DNA from: Eubacteriales bacterium
GTDB taxonomy: Bacteria > Bacillota > Clostridia > Oscillospirales > CAG-382
NCBI GenBank assembly: GCA_045544855.1
Contig: JAZPZV010000055.1
Span: 19,189 to 83,188 of the forward strand
Direction of reading: 5' to 3'
Length of the DNA stretch: 64,000 nucleotides
Part shown: positions 49,988 to 59,671 of the stretch, one piece after another
Layout: each line of letters starts with the position of its first letter
How positions within the stretch are numbered: position 1 is the stretch's first letter
Made by a program: the position numbers and the translations under genes
Notes under the pieces: generated by a model
Told to the model about the DNA's origin: nothing
Database searches by the model: none
The model's input: the letters and a program-made list of their open reading frames with translations, nothing else

Positions 49988-50749
49988 ATGGTAGTATGGT
50001 ATCCCTCCGTCCCCGTAATGGGCGAGCCGGATCTGCTGGCAGAGCAGACCGACGAAATGATCTACGGCGACGAATGTGAAATTTTGGAAGAGGTGGGCGC
50101 TTACGCCAAGGTGCGCACCGATTACGGCTACGAGGGCTACGTGGAGCGGAAGGCGTTGATCCAGCCCTTGCACGCTCCCAACCGCATGGTCTGCGTGCCT
50201 TATGCGGACCTGTTGCCCGAGCCCAAGAACCATTTCCGTCCCATGGTGACCCTGCCCAAGGGCGCTAAGGTGGACGTGGGCTATTCCCATGAGATCCCCC
50301 GCTACGGCGTGGCCATCATGCCCTCCACCCGTGGGTGGTACGTCCACAAACAGCACTTGAAGCCCATTCCCTCCGGGGTTGGCACGGAAGAGGAGCTGCG
50401 GAAGGGCATCGTGGAGGAAGCTTTGGGCTATCTGGGGGTGCAGTACCGCTGGGGCGGCAGAACTCCCGCAGGGGTGGATTGCTCCGGGCTGTGCTTCATG
50501 GCCTACCGTCTCAACGGGCTGACCATCTGGAGAGACGCCAACGTCGATATGAATCCCAACCTGCGGAAGATCACCCTTGAGGAAGCCAAGCCCGGCGATC
50601 TGCTGTTCTTCCCCGGCCACGTGGCCATGTATCTGGGGAACGGGGAGTTCGTCCACGCCACCGCCTCCGCGGGAAAGGTGGTCAGAGATACCTTCGAGAA
50701 CGCAAAGGAACTGATGGCAAGAATGCACACCGTTGCCACCTATTTTTAA
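49988..50749 (+). CDS. C40 (NlpC/P60) family peptidase with N-terminal SH3-like domain
   Basis: YRWGGRTPAGVDCSGL and GDLLFFPGHVAMYLG. ATG at 49988 with AAGGAG RBS. Confidence 0.85.
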   Translation: MVVWYPSVPVMGEPDLLAEQTDEMIYGDECEILEEVGAYAKVRTDYGYEGYVERKALIQPLHAPNRMVCVPYADLLPEPKNHFRPMVTLPKGAKVDVGYSHEIPRYGVAIMPSTRGWYVHKQHLKPIPSGVGTEEELRKGIVEEALGYLGVQYRWGGRTPAGVDCSGLCFMAYRLNGLTIWRDANVDMNPNLRKITLEEAKPGDLLFFPGHVAMYLGNGEFVHATASAGKVVRDTFENAKELMARMHTVATYF

Positions 50750-50752
50750 GAC

Positions 50753-52132
50753 ATGAAGATCACACAGCAAGAAATATCGGAGCAAGCCGCCATCGCGGAA
50801 AGTCTGCGCCCTGTTTTTGCGGGGAAGAAGGCCATGGTACGCACCTTCGGGTGTCAGCAGAACGAGGCGGACGGCGAGCGGATCCTTGGGGAGCTGGTAG
50901 CCTGCGGGCTTACCCCCACGGAGGAGCTTGCGGAGGCGGACGTGGTGATTTTGAACACCTGCGCCATCCGTGAGCACGCGGAGCAGAGGGTGCTGGGCAT
51001 CATCGGCTCTATGAAAAAAGAAAAAGAAAAACGCCCCCACATCCTCATGGGGATGTGCGGCTGTATGGCACAGGAGCCCCACCGACAGGAACAGCTGATG
51101 CAAAGCTATCCCTTTGTGGATTTCCTGTTCGGTACGGATATGCACCACCGCGTGCCGGAGATCCTGAAAACGGCCATGAACTCCCGCAGACAGAAGCAGT
51201 TTATCACGAATCTGCCCCATCATGCGTTCGGGGTGATCTCCGAGGGCACGCCCGTATGCCGTGACAGCACCTACAAGGCAAAGGTCTCGGTGATGTACGG
51301 GTGCAACAACTTCTGCTCCTATTGTATCGTCCCCTACGTCAGAGGGCACGAGCGGAGCAGGGATTCCGCAGAGGTGCTTGCCGAGGTAGAGGGCTTGGTC
51401 AAACAGGGCTACAAGGACATCATGCTGTTGGGGCAGAACGTGAACTCCTACCGCGGGGATATGGAGTTTCCCGCCCTGCTGGAAAAATGCGCCTCCTTTG
51501 AAGGGGACTATTGGGTACGGTTCATGACCTCCCACCCCAAGGACGCATCTCCCGCATTGGTGGGGGTGATGGCGGGACAGTCAAAGGTGGCAAAGCATTT
51601 CCACCTGCCCTTCCAATCGGGGAACGACAGAATTCTTTCCGCCATGAACCGCAAGTACAACCGAGAGCAGTATCTGGAAAAGGCCCTTGCCATCAAGGAG
51701 CGGGTGAAGGACGTTTCCCTCACCTCCGACGTGATCGTAGGCTTCCCCACGGAGACGGAGAAGGAATTTTTGGACACCGTGGACTTGGTGAAGCAGGTGG
51801 GCTTTGATATGCTTTACACCTTTATCTATTCCCCCCGCAAGGGCACGGTAGCGGAAAAAATGGAGGGACGCATCCCCCACGAGGAGCAGGTGCGCCGCTT
51901 CTCTTACCTTTCCGAGGTGCAAAACGAGATCGCCCAGAAGAACAACGACGCCCTGGTGGGGAAGGTGCTCACCGTCCTGTCCGAGGGGGCAAACGAAAAG
52001 GGTATCCCCACGGGGAGAAGCTCGGGGAACAAGATCGTCACCTTCGATACCCCCGTTCCGGCGGGGCAGTTCTGTCAGGTACGGATCGATACCGCCAAGC
52101 AGTATGCGTTGGGCGGAAAACTTTTGAAATGA
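50753..52132 (+). CDS. miaB: tRNA-2-methylthio-N6-dimethylallyladenosine synthase
   Basis: UPF0004 FGCQQNEADGE, radical-SAM CNNFCSYC, C-terminal TRAM domain. Confidence 0.9.
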   Translation: MKITQQEISEQAAIAESLRPVFAGKKAMVRTFGCQQNEADGERILGELVACGLTPTEELAEADVVILNTCAIREHAEQRVLGIIGSMKKEKEKRPHILMGMCGCMAQEPHRQEQLMQSYPFVDFLFGTDMHHRVPEILKTAMNSRRQKQFITNLPHHAFGVISEGTPVCRDSTYKAKVSVMYGCNNFCSYCIVPYVRGHERSRDSAEVLAEVEGLVKQGYKDIMLLGQNVNSYRGDMEFPALLEKCASFEGDYWVRFMTSHPKDASPALVGVMAGQSKVAKHFHLPFQSGNDRILSAMNRKYNREQYLEKALAIKERVKDVSLTSDVIVGFPTETEKEFLDTVDLVKQVGFDMLYTFIYSPRKGTVAEKMEGRIPHEEQVRRFSYLSEVQNEIAQKNNDALVGKVLTVLSEGANEKGIPTGRSSGNKIVTFDTPVPAGQFCQVRIDTAKQYALGGKLLK

Positions 52133-52252
52133 TTATTTTAGGAGAATAAACCGAAAAACGGATCGTTTTTCGGCGGGGAGTTTCCCGCATGGCGGAAAAC
52201 TCCATAACACTCGCCCGCAAGACGGGCTGCAAAAGAGAAAGGAACGACTAGC

Positions 52253-52645
52253 ATGAACGAACAATTGAGAATCGCACTTGAAAACTTTTTGAACGCCCTG
52301 CGGGACAGCGACGCCGTGGTGAGATACGAAAACGCCAAGGCACTTTACACCACCGACGGTAAGCTGATGGCCCTCATCGACCAATACAACTGCCAGGGCA
52401 AGCTTCTCCGCGACGAGGGTGAAAAGGCAGACCGCAACGACGAGCTGTTGGCACAGATCACCAACAAGCTGAAGGAGCTTTACGACGAGATCATGGCAAA
52501 CGAGACCATGCTGGCCATGCAGGCGGCAGAGCAGGAGATCTCCGCTATTATCAATGACGTGAACAGAGGGATGCAGTCCATCCTCCAGCCCGAAATGGAA
52601 GGCGGCTGCACCGGCAACTGCTCCACCTGCTCCTCCTGCCACTAA
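52253..52645 (+). CDS. YlbF/YmcA (RicA-like) family protein with Cys-rich C-terminus
   Basis: 130-aa helical protein between miaB and mutS, the same position as Bacillus ymcA. The tail is GGCTGNCSTCSSCH. Confidence 0.6.
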   Translation: MNEQLRIALENFLNALRDSDAVVRYENAKALYTTDGKLMALIDQYNCQGKLLRDEGEKADRNDELLAQITNKLKELYDEIMANETMLAMQAAEQEISAIINDVNRGMQSILQPEMEGGCTGNCSTCSSCH

Positions 52646-52667
52646 TTTTTCAGAATAAGGATCGGTT

Positions 52668-55241
52668 TTGACTATGGGACTGTCTCCCTTGATGCAACAA
52701 TACAATGAAATAAAGGCGCAATACCCCGACTGTCTTGTGATGATGCGCTTGGGCGACTTCTACGAGATGTTCTTTGAGGACGCCAAGACGGCGGCCGCCG
52801 CTTTGGAGCTGGTGCTGACCGGGAGGGATTGCGGTCTCCCCGAGCGTGCCCCCATGTGCGGCGTGCCCCACCACGCCTTGGAGACCTATCTGGCAAAGCT
52901 GGTGAATCAGGGCTACCGTGTGGCCATCGTGGATCAGTTGGAGGATCCCGCCACCGCCAAGGGCTTGGTGAAGCGGGGGGTCACCCGTGTGGTCACCGCA
53001 GGCACGGTGTTTGAAACCAGCATGCTCAACGAGAAGCGAAACAACTTCCTGTGCGCCTTGTATCCCGCCCCCCAGGGCTACGGCGTGGTATTTGCGGATT
53101 TCTCCACGGGAGAAGTGCTTGCCACGGACATTCTGGGGGAGGATGCGGACAAAAAACTTGCCTCCGAGACGGCGGCCTACACCCCCTGCGAGTTTTTCCA
53201 TGCTCCGGGGATGGACGTGCCCTTTTTGGACGAGCTTTCCTACCGCTACGGCGCCATGCTCACCGAAATGCCCGACGAGGCGGTGGAGGAGAGCAAGGCA
53301 AGACAGGCCTATACGGAACGCTACGGTGCGATCCCTCAGGATGCCCCCCGCCATGCGGTACTGGCCATGGGAGGACTGATCAACGTATTGCAAAACGGGC
53401 GGATGCATTGTGACCTCCGCCATTTCCGCACCCCCACCTTCTACGAGACGGAATTGCACATGGGCATCGACAGCTTCTCCCGTCGGAATCTGGAGCTGTG
53501 CGAGACCCTGCGGGGCAAGAACGCCAAAGGCAGCTTGCTGTGGGCCATCGACCGTACCCGCACCTCCGCAGGGGCGAGAATGCTGAGAAGCTGGGTGGAA
53601 AAGCCTTTGGTGAGCTGTTCCGCCATCCGCACCCGTCAAGAGGCGGTGCAGATCCTTTTGGAGGAAGCCATCGCCCGTGGGGAACTGCGGGAGCTTCTGC
53701 GGCAAACGGTGGACATCGACCGCTTGGTGACCAAGCTTGTCCACGGCTCTGCCAACGCAAGAGATCTGAAGACCTTGGAACGCACCTTAGGCTTGCTGCC
53801 CCGCATTCAGACTCTGCTCTTCACCCGTGAAAACCGCAGGCTGTGGTCCTTGGGGAAGCGGATGGAGCCTTTGCCCCAGGTGGTGGAGGCCATTAACAAG
53901 ACCATCTCCGAGGATCCTGCCCTCAGCGTGAAGGAGGGCGGCATCATCAAGCCCGGCTGTAACGCCGTGGTGGACGAGCTGCGGAGTATGCTGGACGACG
54001 GCAAGAGCTGGATCGCCCGCATTGAAGAAAAAGAACGGGAACGCACGGGCATCCGCACCCTGAAGATCGGCTACAACCGTGTGTTCGGTTATTACATCGA
54101 GGTTTCCAAGTCCTTTGTGGACCAGGTGCCGGAGGATTACATCCGCAAGCAGACCTTGACCACCGGGGAGCGTTACCTCACCCCCGAATTGAAAGAAATG
54201 GAATCCCGTGTGCTGGGCGCAAAGGAACGGGACTGCGCTTTGGAATACGAGCTGTTCACCGCACTGCGGGATTACGTGCTGGAATCCCTGCCCAGACTCC
54301 AGGAAATTGCCCTTTCTCTGGCGGAAACGGACGTGCTTTGCTCTTTTGCGGAGATTGCTGCCGAAGCGAATTACGTGCGCCCCGAGGTGGATGAATCGGA
54401 TATCATCGACATCAAGGGAGGCAGACATCCCGTGGTGGAGCAGGTGCTTTCCGATACTTATTTCGTTCCCAACGATTGCATGATGGACCGTGTCCAAAGC
54501 AGACTGCTGTTGATCACGGGCCCCAACATGGCGGGTAAATCCACCTATATGCGGCAGGTGGCCTTGATCACTCTGCTGGCACAGATCGGGTGCTTCGTTC
54601 CCGCATCCTCCGCCCGCATCGGCGTGGTGGATCGGATCTTTACCCGTATCGGGGCTTCCGACGACCTTGCCTCGGGAACTTCCACCTTTATGCTGGAGAT
54701 GAACGAGGTTGCGGAGATCTTAAAGAACGCCACCTCCCGCAGTCTGATCATCTACGACGAGATCGGTAGAGGTACCTCCACCTTCGACGGTATGTCCATC
54801 GCCAAGGCGGTGGCGGAGTACACCTGCAAGAAGATCGGTGCCAAGGCGCTGTTCGCCACCCATTATCACGAGCTTACCGATCTGGAGCAGACCATGCCCG
54901 GGGTGATGAATTATCACATCGCCGCCAAGAAAAAGGGAAGCGATATCCTGTTCCTGCGGAAGATCGTTCGCGGTGCGGCAGACGACAGCTACGGCATTGA
55001 GGTTGCCGCCTTGGCAGGGGTTCCCGCCCCCGTGGTCACCCGCGCCAAGCAGGTGCTTGCGGAGCTTTTGGACGCAGGCCTTGCCCTGCCCAAGCCCAAG
55101 GAAGAGGAGGACGACGGTCTGATCTCCTTCGGCGACCTTTCCGCACAGGCCGTGGCGGACAAGCTGAAGGCCACCGACTTGAATATGCTGTCTCCTTATG
55201 AGGCAATGACTTTGTTGTTTGAACTGAAAAAGTTGCTGTAA
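52668..55241 (+). CDS. mutS: DNA mismatch repair protein MutS
   Basis: SPLMQQY...GDFYE N-terminus, Walker A GPNMAGKST. The start is TTG at 52668 or ATG at 52674. Confidence 0.95.
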   Translation: MTMGLSPLMQQYNEIKAQYPDCLVMMRLGDFYEMFFEDAKTAAAALELVLTGRDCGLPERAPMCGVPHHALETYLAKLVNQGYRVAIVDQLEDPATAKGLVKRGVTRVVTAGTVFETSMLNEKRNNFLCALYPAPQGYGVVFADFSTGEVLATDILGEDADKKLASETAAYTPCEFFHAPGMDVPFLDELSYRYGAMLTEMPDEAVEESKARQAYTERYGAIPQDAPRHAVLAMGGLINVLQNGRMHCDLRHFRTPTFYETELHMGIDSFSRRNLELCETLRGKNAKGSLLWAIDRTRTSAGARMLRSWVEKPLVSCSAIRTRQEAVQILLEEAIARGELRELLRQTVDIDRLVTKLVHGSANARDLKTLERTLGLLPRIQTLLFTRENRRLWSLGKRMEPLPQVVEAINKTISEDPALSVKEGGIIKPGCNAVVDELRSMLDDGKSWIARIEEKERERTGIRTLKIGYNRVFGYYIEVSKSFVDQVPEDYIRKQTLTTGERYLTPELKEMESRVLGAKERDCALEYELFTALRDYVLESLPRLQEIALSLAETDVLCSFAEIAAEANYVRPEVDESDIIDIKGGRHPVVEQVLSDTYFVPNDCMMDRVQSRLLLITGPNMAGKSTYMRQVALITLLAQIGCFVPASSARIGVVDRIFTRIGASDDLASGTSTFMLEMNEVAEILKNATSRSLIIYDEIGRGTSTFDGMSIAKAVAEYTCKKIGAKALFATHYHELTDLEQTMPGVMNYHIAAKKKGSDILFLRKIVRGAADDSYGIEVAALAGVPAPVVTRAKQVLAELLDAGLALPKPKEEEDDGLISFGDLSAQAVADKLKATDLNMLSPYEAMTLLFELKKLL

Positions 55242-55332
55242 GGGTGGCTTACAGCCAATGAAGTTGCTTCGCAAATGATATCTGTTTGTTGTTTCTTGAA
55301 CTAAGCTTTGCAAGCAAAACCGTAAGAGGTAC

Positions 55333-55608
55333 GTCATCCTGAGCAAGCCGCATATGCGGCGCGTCGAAGTTTCTGCAGTCGAAGCGTAGCTGAGCGGCGG
55401 AAACCGAGCCCTGCTTGCAGGGCGAAGGGATCTCCTCAAAGTTTGATCTACCTGTTTTGGAGTCAAGAAATATTTCTTTTGCCATGGGAAAGGTATATCA
55501 GATTCGTTTTAGACCCCTGCAGGATGCAAGCATCCTTTGATTTCCTTCGTTCGGCTACGCCTCAACTACGGAAATTTCGACTCGCACTTCGTGCTCGCTC
55601 AGGGTGAC
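55333..55608. repeat. TIR-bounded MITE-like element (D-E1, 276 bp) between mutS and mutL
   Basis: GTCATCCTGAG at 55333-55343 and CTCAGGGTGAC at 55598-55608. Internal modules are shared with arrays A-C. Confidence 0.7.
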
Positions 55609-55682
55609 GTCTGATCCTAACTTGGCTGTCGCCCTATTGCAGTGCTTATTAATTTGTTTTTGTTACTTACGGAGGACTCCCT

Positions 55683-57548
55683 ATGGGAATCATCAACATT
55701 CTGGACGCCCAGACTGCCAATATGATCGCCGCAGGCGAGGTGGTTGACCGCCCCGCCGGTGCGTTGAAGGAGCTGTTGGAAAACGCTCTGGATGCAGGCG
55801 CCACCCGCATCTCCGTGGAGATCAAGGGGGGCGGCAGGGCATTTTTGCGGATCGCCGACAACGGAAAAGGCTTTTACCGTGACGATATCCCCAAAGCACT
55901 CCTCCGCCATGCCACCAGTAAGATCAAGGACGGCAAGGATCTCAACGAGATCATGACCTTCGGCTTCCGCGGGGAGGCTTTGGCGGCTATCAGCTCCGTC
56001 TCCCGCATGGAGATCATCTCCCGCCACAGAGAGGAGGCCGTGGGCACACGGCTGACCTCCGACGAAAACGGGGTGGTGATGGTGGACACAGGCTGTCCCG
56101 AAGGCACCACGGTGATCGTGAAGGATCTGTTCTACAACACCCCCGCAAGACAAAAATTCTTAAAGCGTGACGCCACGGAGGGCTCTGCCTGTGTCAGCGC
56201 GGTGGCGGCGGCCGCCGTTTCCCACCCGGAGGTCTCCTTCACTTTGACGGTGGAGGGGGAGAAGCGGTTCTTCACCACCGGGGACGGAAAGCTGTTGCAG
56301 GTGCTTTACGCCGTGTACGGCAAGCCCTTCGCAGGGACGTTGCAGCCTGTGGACTATTCCCTGGACGGGGTTTCCGTCAAAGGCTACGTTACCTCCCCCG
56401 ACGGGGCAAGAGGCAGCCGCAGTATGCAGATGTTCTTCGTCAACGGCAGACCCATCCGCTCCAAGACCATGATGGCGGCGCTGGAAGAGGCCTTCCGTTC
56501 CTACCTTCCCCACGGGAAGTATCCCGGGTGCGTGCTGTTTTTGGAGATCCCCTACGGCATGACGGACGTGAACGTTCACCCCGCAAAGCTGGAGATCCGT
56601 TTCGCCGACGAGCGACCCGTGTTCTCCGTGGTGTACCACGGGGTGAAGAATACCCTGGGCGCCAAGGATCTGCCTCCCGAGGAGACGGCTTTTGAACAGC
56701 CTTCCCTGCTTGAAAATCTTCCCAAGGCGGAGTTCCGCCCCAAGGAAGAGCCGAAGCAAGAGCCGATTTCGGAGACCAAGCCCCCTGTGTGGGAGCCTTC
56801 CCGTCCCGTGCGTCCCCCCGCTTCCCGCCCTGCCTTTGGCGGTGCGGCCTTCTCTCCCCGTATTGGGGAAGAGGATCTTTCCGGGGAGACCCTTTTGAAG
56901 TTTGCCCAACCCGAGGAAGAACTGCCTCCTACGGAGGCATCTCCCGCGGAGGTATTTCCCGTGCAGACCGCCATAGAGGAAAAGCCCTACTACCGCTTGG
57001 TGGGGGAGGTCTACAACGCCTTCTTGGTGGTGGAAACGGAAAAAGAAGTTCTTTTCATCGACAAACACGCCGCTCACGAGCGAATCCTATACGAAAAATT
57101 GGCCTCCCGCAAGGAGGTCCACAGCCAACAGCTGCTTTCCCCCATCGCCATTACCCTGCAGGGGGAGGAGATCGCGGTGCTGTTGGAAAACGCCTCCCAT
57201 TTAGAAGAATACGGCTTTACGGTGGAGGCCTTCGGCAGCGATACCGTTTTGGTCCGTGCCGTTCCCGGCAGTCTTGCGGGAACACGGGATCTCAAGGGCA
57301 TTCTGGAGGGGTTCGCATCCGACCTTGCCCGTGGCGGCAAGGTGTCCTTTGCGGAAAAGTGCGACAGAGCATTGTTCACCTTGGCCTGTAAGGCGGCCTT
57401 GAAGGCGGGCATCCCCAACGCCCCCGAGCATAACGCCTGGGTGGTGGAACGCCTCATGGAGGACGCATCCCTGCGGTTCTGTCCCCACGGCAGACCCGTG
57501 ATCCACCCCATCTCCCGTCGGGAAATGGAAAAATTCTTTGACCGGTAG
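55683..57548 (+). CDS. mutL: DNA mismatch repair protein MutL
   Basis: N-terminal GHKL ATPase (IAAGEVVDRPAGALKELLENALDAG), C-terminal dimerisation domain with CPHGRP. Confidence 0.95.
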   Translation: MGIINILDAQTANMIAAGEVVDRPAGALKELLENALDAGATRISVEIKGGGRAFLRIADNGKGFYRDDIPKALLRHATSKIKDGKDLNEIMTFGFRGEALAAISSVSRMEIISRHREEAVGTRLTSDENGVVMVDTGCPEGTTVIVKDLFYNTPARQKFLKRDATEGSACVSAVAAAAVSHPEVSFTLTVEGEKRFFTTGDGKLLQVLYAVYGKPFAGTLQPVDYSLDGVSVKGYVTSPDGARGSRSMQMFFVNGRPIRSKTMMAALEEAFRSYLPHGKYPGCVLFLEIPYGMTDVNVHPAKLEIRFADERPVFSVVYHGVKNTLGAKDLPPEETAFEQPSLLENLPKAEFRPKEEPKQEPISETKPPVWEPSRPVRPPASRPAFGGAAFSPRIGEEDLSGETLLKFAQPEEELPPTEASPAEVFPVQTAIEEKPYYRLVGEVYNAFLVVETEKEVLFIDKHAAHERILYEKLASRKEVHSQQLLSPIAITLQGEEIAVLLENASHLEEYGFTVEAFGSDTVLVRAVPGSLAGTRDLKGILEGFASDLARGGKVSFAEKCDRALFTLACKAALKAGIPNAPEHNAWVVERLMEDASLRFCPHGRPVIHPISRREMEKFFDR

Positions 57549-57599
57549 AGACGTTGGGTACATTGTGATTCGACGACAGCCGTTGCTTTGTGTGGTTTC

Positions 57600-57638
57600 G
57601 TAGGAAGGTGGGTCGCCGTGGACGTCGACCCCTACAAA
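57600..57638 (+). repeat. REP-like hairpin with GTAG head, copy 1
   Basis: GTAGGAAGGTGGGTCGCCGTGGACGTCGACCCCTACAAA, stem GGGTCG/CGACCC. Confidence 0.6.
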
Positions 57639-57751
57639 CCCGCACCGAAGACGGGCGAAACCAAGCTGCACGCAACGAGTATAGCGTAAAACGGATTTTC
57701 CGTGCTTGTTGCGGGAGAAAACGTCGTTCTTTCCGATGATCCTGCTTCGGA

Positions 57752-57781
57752 TTTGTAGGGGACGACGTCCACGGCGTCCCA
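57752..57781 (-). repeat. REP-like hairpin, copy 2 (inverted relative to copy 1)
   Basis: TTTGTAGGGGACGACGTCCACGGCGTCCCA matches the reverse complement of copy 1, with a compensatory stem change (GGGACG/CGTCCC). Confidence 0.6.
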
Positions 57782-57806
57782 TTTATCGAAAGGGTTGTGG
57801 TGCAAC

Positions 57807-58331
57807 ATGGAGTATACCCCTCGCAAAAGGCTTCGCTGGGAATATTGGAATTACAATAACAGCGGGTCTTGCTTCCTTACCGTTTGCACGAAGGATCGGG
57901 AAAAATGTCTGTCCCGCATTCGGAGCGACCCCAACGGCATTTATCTGTACGATAGCGATGAGCATCGGTTATCCGTGGAATTGACCGATTACGGCAGGAT
58001 CGTGGAAAGAGTTTTGCAGGGCGCAAACAAGGTAAAAGGCCTTTCGGTGGATCATTATGTGATCATGCCCGACCATATCCACGTGATCGTTACCGTAACC
58101 GGCGACCATTGGGAAGAAAAAGAGATCGAAAAAGCGGTGCATGAAAAAATCCCGAAGTTCCTGTCTTCCTTTAAAAGCTTGTGTCACAAAACGGCAGGGA
58201 GGAAGTTTCTTCAGCGATCTGGTTATGACCACGTGATCCGTAACCACCGGGATTACGAAGAAACCGTACATTATATGTATAGCAACCCCGGCCGTTGGTA
58301 TCATCGGGAGAGATACGGTGAAGAACAGTGA
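57807..58331 (+). CDS. REP-associated tyrosine transposase (RAYT; IS200/Y1 HUH family)
   Basis: HUH motif HIH at nt 58074-58082 (VIMPDHIHVIV). C-terminal QRSGYDHVIRNHRDYEETVHYMYSNP, typical of RAYT/Y1 proteins. About 175 aa. Confidence 0.8.
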   Translation: MEYTPRKRLRWEYWNYNNSGSCFLTVCTKDREKCLSRIRSDPNGIYLYDSDEHRLSVELTDYGRIVERVLQGANKVKGLSVDHYVIMPDHIHVIVTVTGDHWEEKEIEKAVHEKIPKFLSSFKSLCHKTAGRKFLQRSGYDHVIRNHRDYEETVHYMYSNPGRWYHRERYGEEQ

Positions 58332-58503
58332 GGGGAACGGGGGTTGCCATTCGGCGCCCCGCAAACGGGCATTGACTTATACGTTAATTACTTTCCGAAA
58401 GGAAATTAGGTTTGAAAAAGGGATCCTTTTTCAAACATGATTTTGTGGCTTCGCTCACAAAATCGTTAGCAACCGCCCGCCATGCGGGCTGCGAAAGGAA
58501 TGA

Positions 58504-59649
<1,146 letters not shown>

Positions 59650-59671
59650 TCATGGATAGAGGAGGCTTTTT

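Larger units (their letters stand above)
57600..58365 (+). mobile_element. RAYT gene with flanking REP-like hairpins
   Basis: An inverted REP pair lies upstream (57600-57638 and 57752-57781). A weaker REP-like hairpin lies downstream (58338-58365; reverse complement TTTGCGGGGCGCCGAATGGCAACCCCCG). Confidence 0.55.
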
